Assembly: GCA_951406725.2 (NCBI GenBank)
Contig: OX597814.1
Span: forward strand, 143,902,001 to 143,966,000
Length of the DNA: 64,000 bases
From: Octopus vulgaris
Lineage: Eukaryota
Direction of reading: 5' to 3'
The notes under the pieces are model-generated. The model was not told the origin of the DNA. It worked only from the letters and a program-made list of their open reading frames with translations, and did not search any database. Made by a program: the position numbers and the translations under genes. Below are positions 11,953 to 26,500 of this stretch, piece by piece (the stretch's first letter is position 1; every line of letters starts with the position of its first letter).

Positions 11953-14640
11953 GCCTTTGCACAGCTTCTAACGCTGGAGATGTACTACAGTGTCAGCTGT
12001 TCACTACCAGTGAACTAGGGTAACACCTCTTATTTTTCGAGCACCTTCCGGAGTATTCGAGCGGTTCCAAGCAGTGCTGTTTTCTGCAAGTGCTCTACCC
12101 TTATTGCAGCCTCTTTTTGTTCCACGTACTTCTCGAGATTTTTGCTGTCTGTTCCCAGGGCTCCGACAATTATTGGTAATATTGCTACCTTTTTCATCGA
12201 CCACAACTACTTAACTTCCCAAGCTAACCTGTCATATCCCTCAACTTTTCTTTCTTCCTTATCACATACCTTGTTGTCAGCTGGGCATGCTATATCTATG
12301 ATCCAGCATAGTTTGTTTTCTTTCCCAATTAAGTCTATGTTCGGCTTCCTATTCTCTATCTCATGGTCGCATTGAATCATAAAATCCCATAGGATCTTTG
12401 CATTTCTATTTTCGACGATGCCTTCAGGTTTGTGGCCGTAACAATGTTTTGCTCTCTCAAATCCATACTTGTTGCAGAGTGTTCAATGGATAAGCCTGGC
12501 TATATTGTCGTGGCGTTTCTTATATTCCTTCTGGGCTTGTGGCGTATATTGGCTGGTAATATGCCATACGGTTTCACCCTTTTGTCCACAGATTCTGTAC
12601 TTATCACTTTCTGCTGTGTTATCTATTCTGTATTTTATGTAGTTTGTTCTTCGTGCTTGCTCTTGGGCAGCACAGTGTAGAGCCTCCGTTACCGGTTTAA
12701 AATCACTTTTAGTCATCCACAGCCATTTTTTCTCAGTCTGTCTTATCTTCAACATCCCTATGAAATTGACAATGCATTCTTTTCTTTACCCACCTATTTT
12801 CAGTTTCATCGTTTTCAATTTTTTGTATATTGCAATCTTTCATCCTACACATGCCTGACCTTCCTACTTCTAATAATAGCAGTTCTGTGGCATTTTTTTA
12901 CATACCATGCTATGGTAAATGGTAAATGCTTAAATGCTGTGTTCGCATCCAGTAAGTCCTCTTCCCCTTCTTTTTCTTGGTACATACAGTCTGTCTGTGT
13001 CACTTTTTTTAGTGACCCATATCTAGTTAGCAACTTCCTTCTCTTTCTGTCTAAGCTGTTTAGTTCGTCTGCTGTCCATGAGATTACCTCTGCACCACAT
13101 CTAAGGAGTGAAACCGCCCAGGTGTTGAAAGCTTCGATCTTATTCCGTCTATTTAATTTCGACTTAAGGATCAGTCACAGTCCGCGCAAGTACTTCACCT
13201 TTAATTTTTCTGTCATTTCTTTTTCCATCAATTTATCCATTTACATTTTCCCCAATTACTTATAGCCCGTCTCTTCTATGGGCTTCATAATCTCCGTCGA
13301 CGGTATCGTTAGTCCGTCCATACATTTGATTTTGCTTCTCTTCAAGACTAACACACCACACTTTATCAGTCCGAACTCCATTCTGATAATAGCACTGAAG
13401 GTATATACTGTATCAACGAGGGGACTGACTTGGGCTTCATCTTTACCATAAAGTTGGAGGCCATCCATGAATAACACTTTTTGCTGGTGGCTTTTGAATA
13501 CATACCTAGCTTTTGCTTTCCTCAGAATCAGTGTTAGTGATATCAAACACAGTATAAATATCAATGGGGATACGCTGTCCTCTTGGAAGATGCCCCTCCT
13601 AATTTCTACAGTCCCTAAACTTCTTCCGTATGCTGTCCGGTCCGTCCTCCAATTCGCCATACTTTTTCCAAGCAATCGCTCAACATTCGATGCAATACCA
13701 AATAGGTTCATGCACTCCATAATCCAAGAATATGGGATCATATCGTACGCCTTACGATAGTCGATCCATGACATGGCTAAGTTAGTTTTCCTCCTCTTCC
13801 AGTCTCTAAGTACATTTTTGTCCATCAGGATTTGATACTTAGTACCTCTGCACTTATGCTTGCAACCCTTCTGCTCATGTGGCAGGACTCCATTTTTTTC
13901 CAGATGTTCGTACATTGAGTATTCTAGTCAATAACTTCCACATAAGTGGCAAACAGGATATCGGCCTATAATTGTCTACCGTATTGCCTTTTTCGATGTT
14001 TTTCACAGCACTGTCCTACCCACTCTGGTGTTCCTTGGTTGGCATTTAACAAGGTGTTGAGTTGTGCAGCTATTCGTGCATGGCATTCACCAAATCTTTT
14101 GATCCAGTAACCTTGAACTCTATCTGTTCCGGGGCTTTCCAGTTGCTCATCTTTTTTTTTTTTGGCTGATTTCCTTTACTTCCTTAACTGAAATGTCTAG
14201 TTCTGCCTGTTTTGGACAGACTACTGTTTGTTTCAGTTCTTGCAATCATTCAGCATCCTTCCTGTGCTCCTTGTCTTTGCTCCAGATGTCACTCCAAAAC
14301 CTTTGATTTTCAGCGCCCTGTATTTTTGTTCGCTTTTAAGCTCCCCTTTCACTTTTCGGTCTAACACAGAAATTTCCTTCGAGAACATGTCTAACCCTGC
14401 CTGGATTCTTCTTTTCCACCATGGATCTTTTCTTTTGTCACTCCCATTATGTTTCGTTTTCATGACATCAACACCTACGTTTTCTGCTACAACAATACTT
14501 GCTGCCTTGATCAAATTATTTGTTTCCTTGGTGTTGTTTGTTCTGATGTATTTCAGAATTTCATTGACGTCTTTCGTCTCTTGGTTCAATTTCCATAAAT
14601 GTTGCTATCATTCTCTTATAGTCTCGCCTTTATTCTGTCG
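11953..14640 (-). mobile_element. R4/Dong-clade non-LTR retrotransposon relic (RT, CCHC knuckle, restriction-like endonuclease)
   Basis: [34 protein letters not shown] and RICGQKGETVWHI...RHDNIARLIH; 3' end abuts (TAA)n, the known Dong target. Confidence 0.9.
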
Positions 14641-14743
14641 TAGATTGCCATTTGTTCATCTGTCATGTCGCCATTAGTTTTATTGACTTATTTTAGAAGA
14701 CAATAATGGTATATATATATATATACACGTACACACACACGAA

Positions 14744-14942
14744 TGGGTGCTGAAAAGAACCTGACATTAAGGGTATCGCAAAAGATCTTGTTAGGGGCCC
14801 AACCTTCCGAGTTCTTTTACAAGGCTTAGAAAGACTAAAGGACCGTGAATCTGAGAGGGGAATATATTGAATAAAATCATAAGTAACGGATCCTCTTGTA
14901 TTTTCTTTTACCCAAAGCCGGGAATTTTTCAGTACGCCCTCA
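14744..14942. mobile_element. mariner-derived MITE
   Basis: TIR-like ends gggtgctgaaaag and tttttcagtacgccc; homologous to 10285-10478. Confidence 0.65.
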
Positions 14943-14947
14943 TATAT

Positions 14948-15043
<96 letters not shown>

Positions 15044-15232
15044 GTATGTATGTATGTATGTATGTATGTATGTATGTATGTATGTATGTATGTATACGTG
15101 GAACCATTTAACACTAGGTTCTCTCCTGATTCTGATTTCGTACCATTATATTACTGATATTTAACCTATTTTGACAAAAAAAGCTAAACCCCGAAACCCC
15201 GTCATTTTGGAGCCAGTAATCTTTTTGGGAAA

Positions 15233-15310
15233 GTAATTAACACCGGAACTAATTAACACAGCAACTAATTAGCACAGAAACTAATCTGTGCAGGAACTAA
15301 TTTAGCACAG
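15233..15310. repeat. Minisatellite, ~16-bp unit (aactaattaacacag), about 5 copies
   Basis: Direct degenerate repeats visible in the sequence. Confidence 0.7.
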
Positions 15311-15864
15311 TTCTTTTATTTTAGGTTAGGAATTTCAAACGTATTTCGCTTGATTCAATATAGACAAAAGATAGGATGACGTTATAGTTTCTTTAGTTGT
15401 TTTTCAACACACCACAGTGTTAAGTACTTTTAGCACTTGTTTCATAATATTTTAAAATGAAATAAGAAGCATTGATTTTAAATCTGAAACGTGACTTTAA
15501 ACATCTGGTAAGTGTTTTTTTTTTTCTTATTTTTATTTTTAAAGATCGTTTGTTTTATAAGTTTGTCTTATTTTTATATTTTATTCCTGCAGTTGTTTAT
15601 TTATTTATCTATTTATTTATTTATTTATTTATTTATCCTGTTGGAAAGAAACTATCGGAGCTGATTTTTTCCGATATGTATAAATGTATGTATGTATGTA
15701 TGAGTTTGTCTATGTATGTATGCTTGTATGTATGTATGTATGTATGTATGTATGTATGTATGTATGTATGTATGTATGTACGTATGTATGTATGTACGTA
15801 TGTATGTATGTTCGTATGTATGTACCTATCTAGCAACAGCTCTCTCTTTCTCTCTCTTTTTCTG

Positions 15865-15985
<121 letters not shown>

Positions 15986-16892
15986 ATGTATGTGTGTATA
16001 TATAGATATATCTGCATGCATATATATATTTATATTTATATATATATATATAATGTATAAGTGTGTATGTGTGTGTATGTATGTATGTATGTATGTATGT
16101 ATGTATGTATAATAAATCGTTGTTTCTGTTGAGCTTTAATCAATTTATGCTGTGAACGATAGAATCCAATAAGTTCTTTTGTCAGACTTTAATCAGCAAA
16201 TTGTTTGATATTGTTTGATTTTGTAAGAATCAGGTGAAAAGTTTACATGTACGTATACATTACAGTCTATCCTTTCGTAATGCGCACGCGCTCGTATGCA
16301 TACACACACAAACACATACACACTTACACATACACACATACACCCACAGATACATCTGAAGGATCCAACACATTATAATTCAACCTGCGTGAAATGGCAA
16401 CCAAATCCTCCTCAAATTGCATCCTGTCATCTTTAATATAGAGACTAAATATCAAATAATGTCTTCTAATTTAGGCACAAGGCCAGCAATGTTGAGGGGA
16501 GGGTTTGGTCGATATCATCGATCCCACTATTTGACTGAGGCTTTATTTCACTGACCCCGAAAGGAAGAACGGTTTAAGTTAACCATTGTTTGTTCGAACG
16601 CAGAGTATGAAAACCTGAAACATCTGCCACAAACAATTTTTCTTCGATGTTGTAATGATTCTGCCATGTAGGCCTAAAAGAATGTGTGATCAAAGTTGGA
16701 ATGATCTTGATCACATGTCTGCCTGATCAATGTCGGCTGAGGGTTACACAGTAAAAACCACGTATACGCATTCGTTCACACTCTACGAACTGTAACACCT
16801 CGGTCAAATATAGATGTTTGAAATGCAAAAGTAATAAACATCGTGTTTGTATTATCATTCAAAGTGAACAATAGTTGGGGACCAAATCAACA

Positions 16893-17245
16893 TTATAACC
16901 TCCGCCTTAGTGAAGGCGGAAGTATTATTTTCAGTCGCGTTTGTTTGTTTGTTTGTCCGTTGACAAGATATCTCAAGAACCGCTGGATGGATTCGGTGAA
17001 ACTTTCAGGGATGTTGGCCTTGTGACTCACGAACTGATTAGATTTTGGGACAAGAATTCTGGATTATTTCTCCAGGATTTTTTAAACTTTATTTTTGAGA
17101 GTCGTCGGGTTCATTTTTAGTATTCTCGTTTGTGAGTGCAATCGAGTTTATTTCAGATATTCTCATTTCAAAAATCATCTCTGGCTAATCGTTGCGAGGA
17201 CGTTGGTGTTGCCCTGGCGGAGGTTTGCGCTCTCTGAGTGCTTCT
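16893..17245 (+). mobile_element. Helentron-associated (HINE/DINE-like) non-autonomous element
   Basis: 5' subTIR aacctccgcc with a nearby short IR ggcgga, (GTTT)n, 3' subTIR ggcggaggtt and terminal stem-loop gcgctctctgagtgc; a fragment recurs at 30190-30270. Confidence 0.8.
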
Positions 17246-18781
17246 GCTTATCGTTAATTCCAAATTATAAATTTGTTTCCAATTTTCGCGGGTCCAATAC
17301 AAACACCAACTTGGTGCCTGGTACGAATAAGACCACGAAAACCCGCAATACGAAAACAGTTTGAAAAAATAACCATAGCACTTCGTCCTCTCGCGGGTTA
17401 ACAAGGGGAGCATGCTGAATTTAAGAAGAGGTGTCTGTTTGAAAAATATATTGCCGTTTCCACCCAAAAACCGGTACAGCTAGCAATAAGCTTTCGCCTT
17501 ATTCTGGGTGTCATGGGGTGAGAGTACAAAGAATGCCTGTCCCAGGACCCTGAAGTAGGTCAAAGAGAGGACAACTGTTAGTAATTGGGAATGGAAAGTA
17601 TAATTACGGTTGCTTCTGATAGGATCCTGTGGAGGAGGTGCTTGGGGACACTATGTTCAAAATCCTCTCCAGAATAGTGGATACAATTCCATGGGTGGAT
17701 GGATTCTAATTTTTCATGCGTAAGCAATATTCACATTATTATTTAAACCTACTCCGGAGTTTTCAAATCTATCACTTTATATATTTATTTTATTGAACTA
17801 CTGCCTTTGTCAACCTCTGTAGAATCTGTTTTCGTCTTATTTTTAAATCTTAATCATTTGTTGACATTAATCCTAAGATTATTATTTTCAACTCATTTAG
17901 ATATTTGCAATTTCAAACGACGGATTAAATTAGTGTAAATTTTTTCCCGGTAACAACTATTGTTTGGTGTCTTGCAGAAATTGTTTTCTTTTTGTTTTGA
18001 AATCTTAATCATTTTTGAACTTATTTAACCGTATTTTCAAACGGAGGATTAAATAGTTACAAATTCAATCTGATGACTTCGATTGAACTTGTCAAAATTA
18101 AGCGCATTTGAACCATACTAAGACACTTCATCTAGCCAAATGACTGTCATAACCGCAGAAACCATAAACTAAAATTATCTAATCTAAATAATAATGTTAC
18201 TAAGTAACATGAGAGTGAAAACAATGTTTATTGAGTGATATAAGTTAAAGATGCTAAAGATCCAAAATTATAAACGAAAACGCGTTGCTGTAAGTGAAGT
18301 TCGAAAATAAAGAGAAATGACAAAAAAAAAAAAATACATATTGATTATATTTATTTGTTTCAGTCACTGGACTATGGCCATGGTGGGGCACCGCCTTAAA
18401 AGGTTCGGTCGAGCAAATCGACTCCAAAACTTATTTTTGAGCTTGGTATTATTTTATCAAGGCGGAGAGCTGACAGAATCGTAAATACGATGAACTGAAT
18501 GTTCAGCATCATTTCTTCCGGCTGTTTACATTCCGAGTTCAAATACCATCAATGTAAACTTTGCCTTTCAGCCTTTCCTGATCCGTAAAATAATGTGCCT
18601 GTCAGGTACACTTTTCTCCATGTGATCGGCTTGATGAATTGTTAATACACTAGGATATATTCCTACTTTTCTTAACATGAAACCAATGGTAGCCTTAATT
18701 CAGAAATAAAGAAATTATATCCACCTATGTGGTGTTGAGCACTCATTTTCCTCGTTCGACATTTACGTATATATATATATA

Positions 18782-19082
18782 TCACGTGATCACGTGACCG
18801 ACCAGACCATCAGATGTTGTTACACATCGCTGGTCACAATGCGTTTGCATTGTTTTAGCCTCCGAATGACGCCACCCCGCTGGCTAAGCGAGTAGGCCAA
18901 CAGAAGAAAGAGTGGGAGAAAGAGTGGTGAAAGAGTACAGCAGGGATCACCACCCCCTGCCGGAGCTCGTGGAGCTTTTAGGTGTTTTTGCTCAATAAAC
19001 TCTCACAACGCCCGGTCTGGGAATCGAAACCGCGATCCTACGACCGCGAGTGCGCTGCCCTAACCACTAGGCCATTGCGCCT

Positions 19083-19085
<3 letters not shown>
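18782..19085 (-). mobile_element. SINE family C (tRNA-derived head)
   Basis: Head tggaggcgcaatggcctagtggttagggcagc...ggtttcgattccc; further copies at 57028-57290, 57395-57545 and 63574-63862. Confidence 0.9.
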
Positions 19086-19129
<44 letters not shown>

Positions 19130-19687
19130 ATATATATATATATATTATATATATATATATTATATATATATATTATATATATATATATATATGTATATTA
19201 AGCTGCATCTTTTAAAGCTTTATACAAACACAAGTCGATATTAAGAGCTGACAACTTACCCATAATTACTAAAGCGTAAATTACAACAGAAGTTTCTCAG
19301 AATTCAACTGAAGTGTCAGTAATTGTGATTTACAGACATAACTTTCTACAAATTAATTACCTTCTTTGTCCATTTAGACGGATATTTAGTTAATTATTTA
19401 ATCTCAGATTAGCCCTGGCCGAGCAGAGCTATGATCAGTGATACGCACTATAAACCACGTCGCTATTAGACAGTAATGTGTGATTTCAAACAAATTTAGC
19501 TGCTATTTTTAGCATATGGAGTGTCCAATAGATGATATAGTGTTGGCCACGGTTGTTTTTCTAGTAATAGATGCTGATGCATATGTAATGCGTAGCACAT
19601 GGGTGAGCAAGTTTTATTGGTAAATATAAGTTTGTGAAACTATGAGGTAAATATATGTATAATAACTATACTACTTCGGGTAACACT

Positions 19688-19993
19688 GGCACTCCGTCGC
19701 TTGCGACGACGAGGATTTCAGTTGATTCGTTCTGCGGAATATCCTGCTCGTGGAATTTACTTTTAATTCGCTGAGCACTCCACAGATAAGAATACCCCTC
19801 GAGGAGATTCAGCGTAAGACAGAATATAACAAGTCTATCCCTTGAATTATCAGTCATTTTCTCCCGCTGAATGGAATGGAGCAACGTGAAATAAAGTGTG
19901 TTGCTCAAGGACACAACGCGCTGCCGGGAATCGAACTCATGACCTTACGATTGCGATCCGAATATCCCTAACTACTAAGCCACGCGCCTTCGC
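19688..19993 (-). mobile_element. SINE family D (tRNA head plus CORE-like domain)
   Basis: Head gaaggcgcgtggcttagtagttaggg...gagttcgattccc and gttgtgtccttgagcaacacacttta; homologous to 35900-36222. Confidence 0.8.
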
Positions 19994-20189
19994 TTGTTTA
20001 GGTATGTGAACTTTGAAATGTACATTTACCTTGAAAACTGATTGTCTCAGAGCCTGTTCAGATTTGAAGTATATACTGGCTCTGAAGAAAAAGTGTGGCC
20101 TTTAGGATGCATCTAAGACATTGTATGTGGCCGTTATGAAGGCAAGCTATCGTGAAGTTTGGTATTGCGAAAATTCTAGGAATGTTTTT

Positions 20190-20540
20190 CTAACAAAGCT
20201 CTCTTCGTAACCACGTAATTCCGTGGTTTGCATTCAGTCATACAGAATGGAACCTTGAGGCAGGTGCCTTCTACAATAGCCCCAGCCATAGACAGAAACT
20301 GTGTGGAAACCACTTGTCACATGTGTGTGTGCTGTGCTTGTGTGTTTGCGCGTGTATATGTGTCTTTGTGTTTGTGCTTGCCTCCCATGCCATTTGATAA
20401 CTGGTGTTAATTCGTCTACGTCCCTGTAACATTAGGGGTTCGGCAAAAGGGACCGATAAAATAAGTACCAGACTTGAACCCTTCAAGTTGGTGTCTCATC
20501 ATGGTCGCAGTCCAATGAATGAAACAACTAATAGATAGAA
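20190..20540 (+). mobile_element. Degenerate SINE A
   Basis: ccttgaggcaggtgccttctac and ggttcggcaaaagggaccgataaaataagtacc. Confidence 0.65.
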
Positions 20541-21176
20541 AACAAATTATACTTTTTTTTTCTTTTTTTGTAATGTAGGATTAGGGTTACGTTCAGATTT
20601 GAAGGATCTATTTAATTTTCTCTATATTGCCATTTTCCTCCAAGGATATTAGATCTGCATTTAGGTAAATATACATAACTACTTTACTGTTTGTCTGTTT
20701 CTGTTTTCTTTCGTGCATTTCTATGTTGACATTTCTCTTGCAATCGATTATTGGTGTTTGCATTCGTGTTTACAATATAACATAAGCATACGTTGAGCGC
20801 ATGTGATTTGTTTGCCATGAATCTAAATCGATATCTCGGTCGTGTGAGAAATTTCTGCTTGCTTCAAAGGCTCACGTTGACATATTTTCGTAGATTATTT
20901 TAAAATATATTATAGAGGAAATGAAACGGTACCCACTCTTTCTGAGAGCCATGTTATACTAGAGAGATCAATAATTTTTAGTTTGACACGAAAACTGTTG
21001 AGCCAAGAATTTCAAGATTGATAGGTTTGGCAGATTTATCTTTGTTTGTCTTTTATTTGTTTCAATATTCCATTGCTGCTTTTTGCCGAATCGCTAAGTT
21101 ACGAGAAGATAAAGAAACCAATAATGGTTATCAAATAGTGGGAGGGACGAACACAATGACACATACACGCACAAAC

Positions 21177-21207
<31 letters not shown>

Positions 21208-21283
21208 TGTATGTATGTATGTATGTATGTATGTATGTATGTATGCAAGTATGTATGTATGTATTTATGTATGCGCACGCGTC

Positions 21284-21348
<65 letters not shown>

Positions 21349-21829
21349 AAATATATATATACATATACATATATATATTCTTTTATTTGTTTCAGCTATG
21401 GTGCTGTGGTCATGCTTGAGCATCACCGTGGATTAATATTGCCCCCGCTTCTTCTCAATTCCCCGCGTGAAAGACGGGGATATTTACCACTTCACTACCG
21501 AGAAAGCAAAGATGGATGGATGGATGGATGGATAGATTATATGTGCATGTATGTATTGTGTATATATACACAGGACGGGCATTCACGCAGTTTTCGACTC
21601 CCAAATCCTCTCACAAGGCATTGGTCAGTCCGGGTCTATAGAAGACACTTACTCAAGATGCTGTGCATTGGAACTGAACTCGAAACAACGTGGTTACAAA
21701 GCTAATTACTTAACCACACACCCATTCCTGCTCTTTGTTTAAGTTTCTGGTAAGATTTTTATAGTAGACGTTTTTATATAATTCTGATGTCAAATATAAC
21801 AACTTGAAAATAAGAGCTATTGGACACGT

Positions 21830-22401
21830 GTTGGCGGAATCAATGATTTCTGGACTTATTGGAAATGCAACACAAAATTTGTTCCGGTTCTTTCCATTCC
21901 GAGTTCAAGTACTGCTGAAATAAACTTCGCCTTTCGTTTTTTTAGGGATTATCTAATAAAGTACAAAGTCAGTATTGAGACCCATGTAATCAACTAGACC
22001 CACCCCCTCGCAAACTTTCAGGTTTTATGCCTACAGGAGAAACAGTTAAAAGGTGGAAAATTGGTAAATTCGTTCGAACGTCGCACAAAATTCCTTGTAC
22101 ATCCTGAGTTCAAGACCAACCGAGGTCAATTTTGTTTTTCATCTTTTCAATAAAGTAAGGTGCCAAGACGGCGAGCTGGTAGAATTCTTACCGCATCGGA
22201 CAAAATGTTTAGCGGTATTTCTTCCGACTTAACATTCAGAGTTCAAATATTGCCGGGGTCGATGTCGGCAAAATAAGTATCGGTTAACCACTGATTTCGA
22301 TATAATCGAGTTGGCCGTCTCTCCTCCCAAAATCACTTCATTGTGTCTAAATAAAAACTCATGGAGTGGAGGCGAGTTGACAAAATTATTAGAGCGTGTG
22401 G

Positions 22402-22453
<52 letters not shown>

Positions 22454-22850
22454 CAGTGTTTATTTCAGCTCCTTATGTTTCAAGATCAAATCAGGCCACT
22501 GTAAACTTTACCATGCAGCCTTTCGGACTCGATAAAATAAAGTACCAGCCAATCACTAGAGTCGCTGGTATCGACTAACCCACTTTCCGCAAAACTACTG
22601 GCTTTGCGCTTAAATCAGAAACCATTATTATTATCATTGAGCTAGCACAATCATTAGCGCGCCAGGCGAAATGCTAAGCAGCATTTCGTCTGTTCTTACG
22701 TTCTGAGTTCAAGTTCCGCCGAGGTCGACTTTGCCTTTCATCTTTTTGGGATCGATAATTTAAGTACCAGTGGAGTACTAATGTCAATGTAATCGACTTA
22801 ACCCAACCCTTAAAATGTCAGGCTTTGTGCCTATAGTAGAAATGATTATT
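21830..22850 (+). mobile_element. Cluster of 4-5 co-oriented degenerate SINE B copies
   Basis: Recurrent gagttcaa...gcctttc...taagtaccag modules. Confidence 0.75.
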
Positions 22851-22869
22851 ATTATTATCATTATTATTG

Positions 22870-23215
22870 AAGACATCTCGCAGTATCCAATATTGTGACG
22901 TTGTGGATTGAAGATATTGTACCGAGGGTTTGCATACTCTGTCAATCACAGCAAGGACCTCGGACAGACAGTAATCTACACAGTATGCTTGCAGTTCCAA
23001 GAAAAGCCGGTTTTTTGCAAGACACCAAGATTGTAGGGTATTTCTAAAGTGTCCAGATGTTTTTTTAGGTTGGGTGGTATTGAACCCAATGCTCTTAACT
23101 TTTGCGGCTGCCACATCTTGGCGATCTCAATTCTCAGGTCTTCTTATTTGTCGACCTTATCTGTTTCTCTCAAGATAATATGTTGATTTACTGGCACTGT
23201 CACGTCAAATATACC
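22870..23215 (-). mobile_element. R4/Dong endonuclease C-terminus relic
   Basis: Minus strand reads DVTVP...EDLRIEIAKMW...ALGSIPPNLKKHL...LQK...LGTASIL. Confidence 0.7.
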
Positions 23216-23435
23216 CTTTCTGTGCAAGACTTTCACAAGCACTAACAATGTGAGTCACATTTTCGACCTTCTTTCCACACATTGGTTCGTTGAACTTGTG
23301 TGGTATATATCCCTTTTCATTGAGATATGAGGTCATCACATCACTTGACAAGGGCGATAGCAGGCTGCTCTGACTCACACAAATACAACTACTACAACAT
23401 CAACAACACAGGAAGCAACAATAACGGCAGCGATA

Positions 23436-23482
<47 letters not shown>

Positions 23483-23544
23483 CACTACTACTACTGCTGC
23501 TGCTGCTGCTGTTATAATTATTATTACCATTATTATCATTATCA

Positions 23545-26500
23545 TCCTCTTTCAATTTTGTGTCGATTTCTTGCTGAGTGTCTTCCTGACACCCAGGGCA
23601 TAGAAACTTACTGTATACATCGGTAAACCATTAGAATAAACATACCAGATTGTTCAGTTACAAAGTCATGTGATACAGAAAATGGGGAAGTAAGACAGAG
23701 AAAGGGTAAAAAGAAAAATGAAAATAAATAAAGAACATAAGGGGTGAGAACGGAAAGAAAATTCACAGCGACAATGCTCTTCTCAGTACACGTGGCGCTC
23801 CAATTAAGACAATCTTTCTTCTTCCTGCATGGATGATAAGCCAGGGATCATTTTCAAATATTTTTAGTTCCTTTTTTAATCATTCCAAGTGCTCTTACAA
23901 TCACTGGTATTGTAACCCTCTTGAGATACCACATCTTTTCGATAAGCAAATTTTTATATTTTCTGAACTTATCAAATTCTTTTGCTGAGGTATTATGGTC
24001 ACAGGGTATGCTCTTGAGAAATGCCTCTGCCTTTGGGTAGTGCATCTTATTGCAAGTCAGCAGCTTACGGATTTTCCAATCAATCTTCCATATTTCTTTC
24101 ATATTCCTCTGAAACGGTAAATGCATTGAAACTGTAAATAACAATTGGAACTGCTTAGGAATTTATAGATAACACCTTGTTAAGTGCATTTAACTCGGAT
24201 TTTAGGACTGATCAAACTCTCCTGTAACATTCCTTCCTGATTTTTTTCATGCTTTCATGCTGACTGCAAAAGCCCACATTTATTTTGAGGTATTTATTCC
24301 TGCTCGAGTTCTTTTATAACTGTGTCAACATTTAACCACTGAGGTCTTCAATTTCTCTTTTCTGGAAAGCGTCCATGGCACATTTATCGAGACCAAATTC
24401 CATCCCGATGTCATCATTGAATGCTTTCACAGTATGTAGTGGTCCTTCAAGCTCCCTATCGTCTTTTCCATAGAGTTTTAAGTCATCTATATAAAACAGA
24501 TGACTTATTTTCTTGTCGCCAATTTTATAATCATACCCTGTTCTATTAAATTCACTTGCAATGGATATTAGAGTTATGCAAAAACTTAGAGGTGAAAGTG
24601 AGTCACCTTGGAAAATGCCGCAGTTGATATCAATATTGTTTGAGGTCAGTACTCCATTTGTGTGTTATAATTAGAGATTCGTATACCACACCGAGATGTT
24701 GTGCTTCGGGAAGTTTGAAATTACAGGAGAAATTTTGAAGATATCCAGCGATTTCAAGATCAATGAATGCGGTATGCATTTATAATGAATCCATGCAGAA
24801 CTGAGATTTCTTCGTTTGTAATTACAGTTTTCAAGGATCCTGTGATTGATTAATAGTTGGTCTTTGCATGAGCCTCGTCGGCACCCTTTTTGTTCGGTGG
24901 GGAAAATATCGTTCTATTCCATAAATTTGTATATGTTTTCTCCAGGAGGATGGATGTTAAAATTTTATATTTTTAGTTCCTTTTTTAATCATTCCAAGTG
25001 CTCTTACAATCACTGGTGTTGTAACCATCTTGAGATACCACGTCTTTTCCATAAGCAAAGAAATTTTGAAGATATCCAGCGATTTCAAGATCAATGAATG
25101 CGGTATGCATTTATAATGAATCCATGCAGAACTGAGATTTCTTCGTTTGTAATTACAGTTCTCAAGGATCATGTGATTGATTAAGAGTAGGTCTTTGCAT
25201 GAGCCTCGTCGGCACCCTTTTTGTTCGGTGGGGAAAATATCGTTCTAGTCCATAAATTTGTATATGTTTTCTCCAGGAGGATGGATGTTAAAATTTTATA
25301 CGTGGTAGATAGACATGTTATGGGCCGATAGTTTCGGGAAAATTTGGTTTCATTATTCTTCGGGAGTAGGTAAGTAATACCTCTTGCTAACCAATCAGGC
25401 GTTTTCTTAGGATCACTCATAATTTCATTGAGTAGCTGAACTAACACTTCGCGTGCGCACGGGAGCAATGCGTGCCAGATATCTGGCACCATATCATTGC
25501 ATGGGGATTTCCATTTATGAGCCTTCGTGAGTGTCATCCTTAGGTCTGCTACTGTGATGTCTTCCCATGTTTGTTCTGGTAAATTTTGGTAAGGTCCTTC
25601 TGTGCGTCTAATCTAGTCTGCATTTTCATTGTATGTCTTTTCATCACTTCAAATATTTTCCCAAAAGTTTTCAACTTCTTTGGGAAGGGGCTCTTCAATG
25701 GTTACTTTCTCCTTCCTTATTTCTGTGTAGAATGTTTTCGCATTGGATGTGAACAGCTTATTTTGCTTGTAAAACTTGTTTCCCTTCTCAAATCTTGTTA
25801 CTCTTTGATCTTTTGCTTGGACTTTTTGTTGCAGTGTTTCTTTTGTATTTTCTCTTCATCTTTCTTCTTTTCTGTATTTTATATCGTTTCCATAGATTTG
25901 TTAATTTAATATTGATATTTCACCTGTCATTATTTCAATCCCTTTTTCAATTTTACTTTTCCAGGTTGGAATTCTTAGGTCTGTATTTCTTTCTTTTTCT
26001 TTTTTTCTTTTCAAAGTTATGCAACTGGTTTCAATTGTCTTAGCAGTTGCGCAAATAATTCCGTTTAACTCAGTGAGATCTGGTTTTAGTGCTTGTATGA
26101 TTTCTCTTGTTACATAGTTGCCAATTTCAATTTGTTTTCTATTTTGGATTGTATTTGAGAGTCTATGAAGTGGTTTTCTATCATGCATATATTGGCGTGC
26201 CTTACAATTGCAAGTATATTCAGGACTTTCTGCTTCATTTCTATCATAGATTCTCTATGTTCTTCAGTAAATGTGTAGTCTTCAAATATTGTTTTTTTAC
26301 CACTTTTCTTCGCTATCTATATCAGGTTCATTACAAATTATTTCTTCAGACGTTTGCGTGTTCTGGTCACATGGCAGTCTTTCATTTGGGACTTGTGGAG
26401 AGTTGCTCTCTTCGTATGGCTCTTTATTTCCTTTGTCTTGTATTTAGGTCATTTTCCGCTGCATGCTTGATCGTGATTATTTCAAGACATCCCTCCTAAC

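Noticed and set aside
13256-13915. 219-aa RT ORF as an active gene or as the mobilising partner of the HHR elements
   Set aside because: The catalytic DD is mutated (FMDG), the element is frameshifted, and it is R4/Dong-type rather than Penelope; no PLE RT or GIY-YIG sequence was found in the window
15233-15310. Short spaced repeats as CRISPR-like
   Set aside because: Adjacent degenerate units without unique spacers, in eukaryotic context; this is a minisatellite
19275-19330. Minus-strand CUGACAC-uucag...cuga-GAAAC-uucu-GUU hammerhead-like motif
   Set aside because: Two essential core bases differ and stem I is out of register, so it cannot be told from chance
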